Made by a program: the position numbers and the translations under genes | Assembly: GCA_029248265.1 (NCBI GenBank) | Contig: JAQWJQ010000201.1 | Coordinates: forward strand, 601 to 64,600 | Length of the DNA stretch: 64,000 nucleotides | Direction of reading: 5' to 3' | Source: Planctomycetota bacterium | Lineage (GTDB): Bacteria; Planctomycetota; UBA1135; GCA-002686595 | Part shown: positions 1 through 7,974 of the stretch, piece after piece | Numbering within the stretch: the stretch's first letter is position 1 | Layout of the letters: each line of letters begins with the position of its first letter | The notes under the pieces: model-generated | The model's input: the letters and a program-made list of their open reading frames with translations, nothing else | Told to the model about the DNA's origin: nothing | The model's database searches: none

Positions 1-1509
1 GGTCTCTTCGCTGGACTCCGGCTCCTCGCTGGACTCCGGCTCCTCGCCGCCCCCATCTCCGGAAGTCTCATCGGTCACCGGCTTCTCGTCATCGCCGCCC
101 TCCGCGTCTCCCTCCGAGTCTCCCTCCGCGTCTCCCTCCGAGTCTCCCTCCGAGTCTCCCTCGGGGTCGCCCTCCGGGGCATCTGCCGGCGCCTCCTCAC
201 CAGAGTCCATCTTCTCCGCCGGCGCGAGGGCGGTCTCCGGGCGCGGTCGGATGTGCGCGAAGAACATCTCGGCCTGCTTGTCGTAGACGATCTCGCCGTC
301 GACGATCGCCCACTGGACGAACGTCTGGTAGTGGAGCAAGTCGCCATCGGTGACGATGAGGTCCGCGTCCTTGCCCAGCTCGATGGAGCCGATGCGGTAG
401 TCCACGCCGAGCACCCGGGCGGCCTCGATTGTGATCGAGCGCAGGCCGGCGAGTTCGGGGAGCCCGCCGCGGATGGCGAAGCCCGCCTCGACCGGGAGGT
501 GCAGGAGGTCCTGCCCCACAATGCCGCCCAGCGAGATCCCTCGGGAGGCCGGGACCACGACGACGTTGACGCCGTGCTCGTAGAGGATCGAGGCGTTCTC
601 GATGCTCGACCCGCCCTCACGGAGGAGGCTCTCGTCCTTCGGTCGACGGGTCCGCGGGGTGACGATCGCCGTCGCGCCAGCGCGGCCGAGCTCATCAGCG
701 ACGGTCCAACCTTCCCGGCAACCGTTGATGATCGGGCGGAAGCCGAAGCGCTGAGCGAGGCGCGCGACCTCGAGCAGGTCCGTGCGGGTGTCCGCGTTGA
801 AGCGCGGCCGCACCTCGCCACGGAGGACGCGCAGGGACTGCTGATCGACGCCCTTCTTCGAGGGCTCCTTGGCCTCCTTGTTCGACTTCTTCTCTTGCTC
901 CCACGCCCGGTAGGCCCGGATGTAGTCTGCCGCGCCCTTGAGGTCCGCCTCCACCTTCAGCTGCCCCTGCGGGTTGCCGTTGGAGTAGCTCATGGACTCA
1001 AAGGCAGAGCTGTTGACCACGAGCCCGTCCACGTGGCCGCGCTTGAGCTTCGCAACGGTGTTGCCCTCGACAGCCGTGGTGATGCCCGCCGCGAGCGCGA
1101 GGGTCATGTTCTGGTTGTACGGGTCGACAGAGTCGTCGAGGCTGCCGCTGCTACCGAAGAGCCCGAATGAGCCGACCGCGATCAGGCCCGGGTAGACCCG
1201 CAGCCCGGAGACGTCGACCACCTCGGCCTCCTCGGGCACGTCCACGTCGTAGCCGAAGGCCTCGATCTTTCCATCACGAACGAGGATCGTTGCGTCGCGG
1301 AGGACGCCGCCGAGCCCGGTGTGGATCTCGCCGCCCACGAGGGCGAGGATCTCCTCCTTGTCCTCTTCGTCCTCGGTGCCGGCCTCCTTGGCGGGCTCAT
1401 CATCGACGGAGGCGACCCCGAAGGCGGTGGGCGCGAGGAACAGGGAGGCGGCCATGAGGAGCCACGTGGGGCGCGAGGCGCGGCGCTGCTGGTTGGTTCG
1501 GAGGTGCAT
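1..1509 (-). CDS. Exported amidohydrolase-superfamily protein, metal ligands absent (3' end runs off the window)
   Basis: Not in the ORF track because there is no stop inside the window. ATG at 1509 overlaps the upstream stop (TGATG). My translation: MHLRTNQQRRASRPTWLLMAASLFLAPTAFG...ILVRDGKIEAFG...VYPGLIAVGS...GSIELGKDADLIVTDGD, then an acidic tail. Confidence 0.85.
   Translation of the reverse strand, partial: MHLRTNQQRRASRPTWLLMAASLFLAPTAFGVASVDDEPAKEAGTEDEEDKEEILALVGGEIHTGLGGVLRDATILVRDGKIEAFGYDVDVPEEAEVVDVSGLRVYPGLIAVGSFGLFGSSGSLDDSVDPYNQNMTLALAAGITTAVEGNTVAKLKRGHVDGLVVNSSAFESMSYSNGNPQGQLKVEADLKGAADYIRAYRAWEQEKKSNKEAKEPSKKGVDQQSLRVLRGEVRPRFNADTRTDLLEVARLAQRFGFRPIINGCREGWTVADELGRAGATAIVTPRTRRPKDESLLREGGSSIENASILYEHGVNVVVVPASRGISLGGIVGQDLLHLPVEAGFAIRGGLPELAGLRSITIEAARVLGVDYRIGSIELGKDADLIVTDGDLLHYQTFVQWAIVDGEIVYDKQAEMFFAHIRPRPETALAPAEKMDSGEEAPADAPEGDPEGDSEGDSEGDAEGDSEGDAEGGDDEKPVTDETSGDGGGEEPESSEEPESSEET
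8..175. repeat. Coding tandem repeats: 18-bp unit x2 (8-43) and 12-bp unit CCCTCCGMGTCT x5 plus degenerate copies (98-175)
   Basis: Directly visible; they encode EEPESS and EGD[A/S] repeats in the acidic C-terminal tail of the first amidohydrolase. Confidence 0.85.
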
Positions 1510-2720
1510 CACTGGTCCATGTCTCCGCTGACGAACTTGCCGTCGAGCATGACGGCGTCGAGCTTGGTGTCCGGCTGGAACGGGTCGCCGGAGAAGATGA
1601 GAAGATTCGCGCGCTTGCCCTCGGAGAGGCTGCCGAGCCGCTCGCCCAGCCCCATGAAGCTCGCAGGGTTATGGGTGATGGCCCGGACCGCGGCCTTGCG
1701 GTCCAGCCCGGCGCCGATCATCACCCCCACGTCCTCGAGGAACGACTCGAAGCCCGCCTTCGAGTCCGTGCGGGGCAGCAGGACGAGCTTCGCGCCCGCG
1801 CGTTCGAATTCAGCCGGCAGGTTCCGCTGGCGCAGGGTGCCCGGCACCAGGGTGATGAGCGGCTCCATGAGCACGAAGCACCCACGCTCACCGACCTCTT
1901 CAGTCACGTGGAACACGTCGATGTCCCGGGTGAGCGGGACGCGCAGGTGCCACTCGAAGTCCTCTTCCCCGACGGCGTCGACGAGGTGGGCGTAGCTGGC
2001 CGCGTTCCTGATGGAGACCAGCGCGCGGAGCTTCCCCTCACGCAGGTCAAAGAAGGGCTGGACCCGCGGGTCCGCGGCGGGGGCCACGAAGACCGCCTTG
2101 GACTTCTTCTTGTCGGCCTTGGCCTTGGCCTGGGCCTTGTCGAACTTCTCCCGCTCCTTCGCGACCTTCTTGAGGTGGTCGTCTGCCTTCTTGAAGCCGT
2201 CCCGCAGGTTGCGCTTCGCGCTGCTGCTGTTCCGCATCACGACCTTCAGGTAGGCGCCGTCCTCGACGATCATCGCACCTGCGGTGTCACCCTTCGGGCG
2301 AACCGCAACAGCCTGACCCGGGATGCCCTGGCCGGCGGGATACTGGCCCACCGTGGTCACGCCGTTCTCGAGGAACACCTTGTAGGCTGCTGAGGGGTAG
2401 AGCTCAGCGGAGGCCATGACCTGGGGTCGTGAGTCGTTGTAGCCGCCGCCGGACATGCCGTAGCGCGAGTACGGATTCACGAGGCCGGGCATGACGACCT
2501 GGCCCTCCTCGAGTTCGATCACGGGGATGCCGCGTTCGACCGGGAGGTCCTGGCCCATGGTGACGATCTCGCCGTCTTCGACGAGGATCACGGCGTGCTC
2601 CATCACCTCCCCATCGCCGAGCTCGACGCGGGGGGCCTTGATCACGAATAGATCTCCTTGGACCGGGACAGCGGGGGCCGCTGCCATCGGGCCGAGGAGG
2701 AGGAGGGGTGAGAGGATCAT
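1509..2720 (-). CDS. Exported amidohydrolase-superfamily protein, metal ligands absent
   Basis: Start re-called at ATG 2720 (MILSPLLLLGPMAAAPA, signal-like). VMPGLVNPYS replaces PGxxDxHxH; C-terminal GSLSEGKRANLLIFSGDP. Confidence 0.85.
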   Translation of the reverse strand: MILSPLLLLGPMAAAPAVPVQGDLFVIKAPRVELGDGEVMEHAVILVEDGEIVTMGQDLPVERGIPVIELEEGQVVMPGLVNPYSRYGMSGGGYNDSRPQVMASAELYPSAAYKVFLENGVTTVGQYPAGQGIPGQAVAVRPKGDTAGAMIVEDGAYLKVVMRNSSSAKRNLRDGFKKADDHLKKVAKEREKFDKAQAKAKADKKKSKAVFVAPAADPRVQPFFDLREGKLRALVSIRNAASYAHLVDAVGEEDFEWHLRVPLTRDIDVFHVTEEVGERGCFVLMEPLITLVPGTLRQRNLPAEFERAGAKLVLLPRTDSKAGFESFLEDVGVMIGAGLDRKAAVRAITHNPASFMGLGERLGSLSEGKRANLLIFSGDPFQPDTKLDAVMLDGKFVSGDMDQ

Positions 2721-2775
2721 GTGAGGTAGGTCCTGCGGGACACGCGACACTGCGCCGGCGTCCAGAGGTGTTCTT

Positions 2776-3993
2776 CTAGAAGAGCTGACCGTCGCGGTCG
2801 CGGTCGTACTCGAGGTCCCCGTCGATGAAGACGGAGCGCACGGAGGAGCGGGGGTCGAGCGGGTCGCCGTCCCAGAGGACGACGTCCGCGTCCTTGCCGA
2901 CCTCGAGGCTTCCGACTCGATGGGCAAGGTTGAAGGAGAGGGCGGGGTGGATCGTGACCGCGCGCAGCATCTGGTAGGCGTCCGCGCCGTAGCGCGCGCT
3001 CATGGAGCCCTGGAGGAAGAAGTACTCCTCCGCGATCACCCCTGAGTCCGTGTTGAGGGAGAACAGCGGGACGCCGGCGTCGACGAACTCCGACGCGGTC
3101 CCGACGATCCGCCCCTCGCGGCTCGAGTAGTAGTCGATGGTGCGCGGTCCGTGGTTGACCGGGATGTCGATGGCGGCGAGCGCCGGGGCGACCTTCCATC
3201 CGTCGAAGCTGCCGTGGGAGATGACGGCGACGGCGCCGTACTTCACCTTCCACATGCGCGCGGTGTTCACCACGCCCTCGCTCCCGGCGGTGTGGATCAG
3301 CACGGGGAGGTCTCCAGAGACCACCCGCGAGAGGTTCTCCAGCGCCGGGTCGCGCCGGCCCTGCCGGTAGGCGCCGAGCGCGCGGTCCGCCACGTCGCGC
3401 AAGTTCCACTCCATGCCGGCGCGGGTGACACCGACGTCGGTCGAGTTTCGGCGCTGGGGGTTGGAGTCCTGGGCCACCTTCAGGCCGCCTGGGTCTCGCA
3501 CGACACTGGCCTGGAAGCCGCCGGTCGAGCGCGACTTGTAGACGAGGCCGAAGCCGCCCATGTTCGAGCCGCTGCCGGGGATCCCGAAGAGCGTCGTGAC
3601 GCCGCCAGCGCGTCCGACCTCGATCACGCTGTTCCCGGGGCGGTAGGACGGAGCCGCCCTCAGTTCGGGGTTCACGGCGTGCACCGTGTCGTTGATATCC
3701 CCAAAGCCGCCGCTGTGGATGTGAGTGTGCAGGTCCACGAAGCCGGGCACAGCCCATGTGTCCAGGGCGAGCACGGGGTCAGGGCCGCCCTCCCGGGCCT
3801 CGACCGGGCCCGCGTAGGTGATCTTGCCGTCCTCCAGCACCACCATCCCCGGCGAGTGGATCTCGTCGACGGCGTTCATGGTGAGCACCTTGCCCACGTG
3901 CAGCACGACCGTGTCGGGCGCGCCAGCGGGCGGAGCAGCGGGCGAGGCCAGCGCAGACGCAAAGAGAACGGCCAGGGAGTGCAGCGTCACCAT
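2776..3993 (-). CDS. Exported metal-dependent amidohydrolase (intact ligand set)
   Basis: Signal peptide; PGFVDLHTH, LKVAQ, IHTAG, ISHG, NTDS; GSLEVGKDADVVLWDGDP. Confidence 0.9.
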   Translation of the reverse strand: MVTLHSLAVLFASALASPAAPPAGAPDTVVLHVGKVLTMNAVDEIHSPGMVVLEDGKITYAGPVEAREGGPDPVLALDTWAVPGFVDLHTHIHSGGFGDINDTVHAVNPELRAAPSYRPGNSVIEVGRAGGVTTLFGIPGSGSNMGGFGLVYKSRSTGGFQASVVRDPGGLKVAQDSNPQRRNSTDVGVTRAGMEWNLRDVADRALGAYRQGRRDPALENLSRVVSGDLPVLIHTAGSEGVVNTARMWKVKYGAVAVISHGSFDGWKVAPALAAIDIPVNHGPRTIDYYSSREGRIVGTASEFVDAGVPLFSLNTDSGVIAEEYFFLQGSMSARYGADAYQMLRAVTIHPALSFNLAHRVGSLEVGKDADVVLWDGDPLDPRSSVRSVFIDGDLEYDRDRDGQLF

Positions 3994-5234
3994 GCCCGCC
4001 CTCCGCTCTGCGCGTCATAGACCTTCTCGCCGTTCACCCAGACGGCGTCGAAGTGAGTCCGGGGGTCGATCGGGTCGCCGTTGCAGACCAGGATGTCCGC
4101 GTGCTTACCCCGCTCGAGGCTGCCGACCCGGTCGGCGATGCCCGACGTCCGCGCGGGGATGATCGTGACGCCGCGGAGCCCCTGGGCTCGGTCGTTCCGG
4201 AGCCCGTAGCGCACCCCCATGGCGGCCTGGGTGGTGAGCTCCTCCTGCGGGACCACCGGCGCATCGGTGTTGAAGCCGATGTCGACCATGCCCTGCTCCT
4301 GGAAGCCCCACGCGGTGCCCTCGATGCGCCCGTCGGTGTCGAACCGCGGGGCCCGGGGGGCCATGATCTCGCGCGGCCCGAGGATGGCGCCGACGCCGAA
4401 CTCCTTGGCCAGCGGCGTCGTGAGGTAGCTGTCGAAGGACCCGTGGTCAATGTAGGTCGGCAGGCCGAAGTCCCGCGCCAGCATCGTGATCGTCATCAGC
4501 ACCAGTTGGTAGTACTGCGTGTGGGTCGAGACCTGGGTGTCGCCGGCGTACAGGAAGCGGAAGATGTCCAGCTCGAGCTCACGCTCGGGCTTGTCCCCTT
4601 TCCCCTCGAGGTAGGCGTCCCACGCCTTCGCATAGGCCTTCCCGCGGCGGAGCCGGAAGCGCAGCCCATAGTTCATGAGGATGCGGCCCATGCCGTACCC
4701 CCAGCGCGTCGGATTGTCCCCCTGGGCGATCTTCAGGGAACCGGGGTCGCGCAGCAGCGCCGCCTCGTACCCATCGATCCCAAGCTTCATGAGGACGCCC
4801 GTGCCCCCCATGTTGGTACCCGAGCCGGGAATGAAGAGGATCGTCGTCACCCCCGCGGCCAGGGGCTTCTCCAGGTCCGAGTTGTTCGGGATGACCGCGG
4901 GCGACACGCGCAGCTCGGAGTTGAGCTGGTAGACCGTGTCGTTGATGTCGCGGCGGGAGCCGCCCACGTGGCTGTGCAGGTCGACGAAGCCCGGCGCCAG
5001 CCAACGGTCGCCGTAGTCAATCACCTCGACCCCCTCGGGAATCTCCACCGACCCCGCAGGACCGATGGCCTCGATCTCGCCGTCGCGCAGGACCACGACG
5101 GGGTCCAAGATGAAGCCGGGGCCCTCGTACTCGCAGGTCAACGCCTTCGCCGCGCGCAGGACCACGGGCTCTCCCTGGACAGCCGGGAGGGCGGTCCAGA
5201 GCAGGGCGCAGGTGCTGGCGGCGATGGCGATCAT
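3987..5234 (-). CDS. Exported metal-dependent amidohydrolase (intact ligand set)
   Basis: Signal peptide; PGFVDLHSH, LKIAQ, THTQ, IDHG, NTDA; GSLERGKHADILVCNGDP. Confidence 0.9.
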   Translation of the reverse strand: MIAIAASTCALLWTALPAVQGEPVVLRAAKALTCEYEGPGFILDPVVVLRDGEIEAIGPAGSVEIPEGVEVIDYGDRWLAPGFVDLHSHVGGSRRDINDTVYQLNSELRVSPAVIPNNSDLEKPLAAGVTTILFIPGSGTNMGGTGVLMKLGIDGYEAALLRDPGSLKIAQGDNPTRWGYGMGRILMNYGLRFRLRRGKAYAKAWDAYLEGKGDKPERELELDIFRFLYAGDTQVSTHTQYYQLVLMTITMLARDFGLPTYIDHGSFDSYLTTPLAKEFGVGAILGPREIMAPRAPRFDTDGRIEGTAWGFQEQGMVDIGFNTDAPVVPQEELTTQAAMGVRYGLRNDRAQGLRGVTIIPARTSGIADRVGSLERGKHADILVCNGDPIDPRTHFDAVWVNGEKVYDAQSGGRAW

Positions 5235-5269
5235 GGGCGGTTCATCCGCGGCGCGAGGCCGCGGTCACC

Positions 5270-6622
5270 TCACCAGAGGCGAGGCTCCTCCTTGGTGTCA
5301 TAGACGCTCTCGCCGCTCTGCCACACATGCTTGACGTGGCTGCGGGGGTCGGCGGGGTCGCCCGTGATGATGAGCAGATCCGCGATCTTGCCGACCTCGA
5401 TGCTGCCGATCGCGTCCCCCAGGCCACAGGCCATGGCCGGGACGATCGTGAGGCCGCGGACCGCGTCCATGTTCTTGTTGTCGAACCCGTACCGGACGCC
5501 CATGGCGGCCTGCAGCTGCAGCTCCTCCTGAGGGATCACAGGCGAGTCGGTGTTGAAGCCGATGCGGGTCGTCCCCATCTCCTGGTAGCCGGCGACGCAG
5601 CCCTGGATCTTCTCCGGGTTGGAGCCCGACCAGTTGATGAAGCCACGGGTCGGGACGTCGATCCCGCGGGGCCCGATGATCGCGAACATCTCGCGCTTCT
5701 CGACCTCGGCGCCAAGGCGCCAGGTGTCGAAGGTGCCGTGGTCAATGAAGACCGGGATCCCGAGCTCATCGTGCACCATGGTCAGCGTCATGAGCGCGAC
5801 CTGGTAGATCTGCGTGTGTGTGGAGACCTGGCACTCGTTCTTACGCAGTGAGCGGAAGATCTCGAACTGCGGGTTGATGGTCGGCTTGGCGCCGCCGTCC
5901 TTCTCGTACGCCTCCCACTCCTTCGCGTAGGCGATCCCGCGCTTGAAGGTGTTCCGCGTGTGCCAGTTCATGAACGAGCGGTTCGGGCGCAGCATCCAGC
6001 GCTCCGGGTTGCCCGCCTGGGCCAGCTTCATGGAGCCGGGGTCCCGGATGATGGCCCGCTCGTACTCTTCAAAGCCCGTGCGCAGGAGCACGCCTTGGCC
6101 GCCGATGTTCGTCCCCGAGCCCGGGAGGTACAGGGCGGTGGTGACGCCGGCCGCCAAACCCACTCGCAGCAGCGGGTTCCCGGCGATCACGTCGCTCGAT
6201 GCGCGCACGCCGGGGTTGGTCAGGTAGACCGTGTCGTTGAGCCCGAAGGCGCCCGCCACGTGGCAGTGCAGCTCCACGAGGCCCGGCATGACCCAGTCAT
6301 CGCCCGCGTCGTAGACCGAGTACCCCTCAGGGATCTCCGTCTCCGCCGCCGAGCCGACCGCTTCGATCCGACCGTCCTTCACCAGAACGACCCCGTTGTT
6401 GACCACGGAGCGGCCCTGCCACTCGGCAGTCAGAATCTTCGAGGAGCGGATCGCCAGCCCCGGGCCGCCCTCGGCGCCAGGCTTTGCCGTCGCCGCGGGC
6501 TTCACGGGTGCCGGAGCCACGCCGAGCGGGTCATTGCCGCCCGCCGTCGCGGAGACCATGGAGAGCGCGGCCACTGCCGCGCTGGCGAAGAGGGATCGCA
6601 GGGTGCTGGTTCGTTCAGACAT
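5270..6622 (-). CDS. Exported metal-dependent amidohydrolase (intact ligand set)
   Basis: Signal peptide; PGLVELHCH, MKLAQ, THTQ, IDHG, NTDS; GSIEVGKIADLLIITGDP. Confidence 0.9.
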   Translation of the reverse strand: MSERTSTLRSLFASAAVAALSMVSATAGGNDPLGVAPAPVKPAATAKPGAEGGPGLAIRSSKILTAEWQGRSVVNNGVVLVKDGRIEAVGSAAETEIPEGYSVYDAGDDWVMPGLVELHCHVAGAFGLNDTVYLTNPGVRASSDVIAGNPLLRVGLAAGVTTALYLPGSGTNIGGQGVLLRTGFEEYERAIIRDPGSMKLAQAGNPERWMLRPNRSFMNWHTRNTFKRGIAYAKEWEAYEKDGGAKPTINPQFEIFRSLRKNECQVSTHTQIYQVALMTLTMVHDELGIPVFIDHGTFDTWRLGAEVEKREMFAIIGPRGIDVPTRGFINWSGSNPEKIQGCVAGYQEMGTTRIGFNTDSPVIPQEELQLQAAMGVRYGFDNKNMDAVRGLTIVPAMACGLGDAIGSIEVGKIADLLIITGDPADPRSHVKHVWQSGESVYDTKEEPRLW

Positions 6623-6631
6623 GGTGTTCGC

Positions 6632-7969
6632 TTAGAAGCGCCGCTCCACCTCGGCGTCGTAGACCCGCTCACCCTCCTGGAAGGTGAGGTGGACCTGCGT
6701 CCGCGGATCGGTGGGGTCACCAGAGGTGACGATGAAGTCCGCGTCCTTGCCGGGCTCGAGGCTCCCGATCCGGTCGTGGATGCCCGCCGCGAAGGCGGGG
6801 ATGATGGTCAGGCCGCGGACGTGGTCGACCGCGTCGTTCTTGAAGCCATATCGCACGGCCATCGAGGCTTGCAGGGGGAGCGCCTCCTGGCCGATGACCG
6901 GGGCGTCGGTGTTGAACCCGATCAGGGTGCAGCCGCCCTCCTGGTACTTCGCAGCCATCCCGAAGATGGCCCCGTCGTTGTCGTTCACGATGAACATCCC
7001 AGGGCGATACTCGATGTTGATGCTCGCGCTGATTTGACGCGGGCCGAGGATCGCGGGGACGCCCGCCCTGGCCGCGAAGGGCGCCGCGCGCCAGCCGTCA
7101 AAGGAGCCGTGGTCGATGTACACGTCGAGCCCCAGGTCCTCCTTGACCATCTGCACCGTGCGCAGGACGACCTGGTAGATCTGGGTGTGGGCCGAGAGCT
7201 GCGTCTGCTTGGCGTACAGATCGCGGAAGACCTCCCACATGGGGTCGACCTTCGGGCGGGGGCCGTCACCGTTACTGAAGGCCTCCCAGCGCTTGGCGTA
7301 GGCGATCCCGCGCTCGATGGTGTTGCGGGTGTTCCAGTTCATGAAGGAACGCCCGACGCCGGAGAGGTAGCTCTCCGGGTTCCCTGCCTGCGCCAGCTTC
7401 AGCGAGCCAGGGTTGCGGATCTCCATGCGCTCGTAGGTATCGAAGCCCGTCTTGAGCAAGACCCCGTGGCCGCCGATGTTCGTGCCCGACCCCGGGATGT
7501 AGAGCACGCTCGTGACCCCCGCTGCCTTGCCGACAACGAAGTCCGAGTTGCCCGGCACCACCGACGTGAACGCCCGGATCCCCGGGTTGGTCAGGTAGAC
7601 CATGTCGTTCAGATCGTTGGTGAAGAAGCTGCGGCCAGCGACGTGGCTATGCAGGTCGATCAGCCCCGGCGCGACCCAGTCCCCGGAGCGGTCGAGCACC
7701 TCGTGGGTCGCCGCCAAGGCCTCGAGGTCCACCTCCGCGCGCGGTGCGACACGGACGATCTTGCCCTTCTCGACCACGATCACCGCGTTGTCGACGACCT
7801 GCTGGCCCTCCATGGGGAGGACGAGCGCCTTCCCGCAGAGCACCACCAACCCTCGCTCCGCCGCTGCCGCCCCGCTATCCCCCACGTCCATCCCGATCGG
7901 GATAGACGCCGAGGCGGCGGCGGTGAGCGGCGCGAACGCGGCGGCGCAGGCGAGGAGGGCGGCACGCAT
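6632..7969 (-). CDS. Exported metal-dependent amidohydrolase (intact ligand set)
   Basis: Signal peptide; PGLIDLHSH, LKLAQ, AHTQ, IDHG, NTDA; GSLEPGKDADFIVTSGDP. Confidence 0.9.
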   Translation of the reverse strand: MRAALLACAAAFAPLTAAASASIPIGMDVGDSGAAAAERGLVVLCGKALVLPMEGQQVVDNAVIVVEKGKIVRVAPRAEVDLEALAATHEVLDRSGDWVAPGLIDLHSHVAGRSFFTNDLNDMVYLTNPGIRAFTSVVPGNSDFVVGKAAGVTSVLYIPGSGTNIGGHGVLLKTGFDTYERMEIRNPGSLKLAQAGNPESYLSGVGRSFMNWNTRNTIERGIAYAKRWEAFSNGDGPRPKVDPMWEVFRDLYAKQTQLSAHTQIYQVVLRTVQMVKEDLGLDVYIDHGSFDGWRAAPFAARAGVPAILGPRQISASINIEYRPGMFIVNDNDGAIFGMAAKYQEGGCTLIGFNTDAPVIGQEALPLQASMAVRYGFKNDAVDHVRGLTIIPAFAAGIHDRIGSLEPGKDADFIVTSGDPTDPRTQVHLTFQEGERVYDAEVERRF

Positions 7970-7974
7970 GGGAG

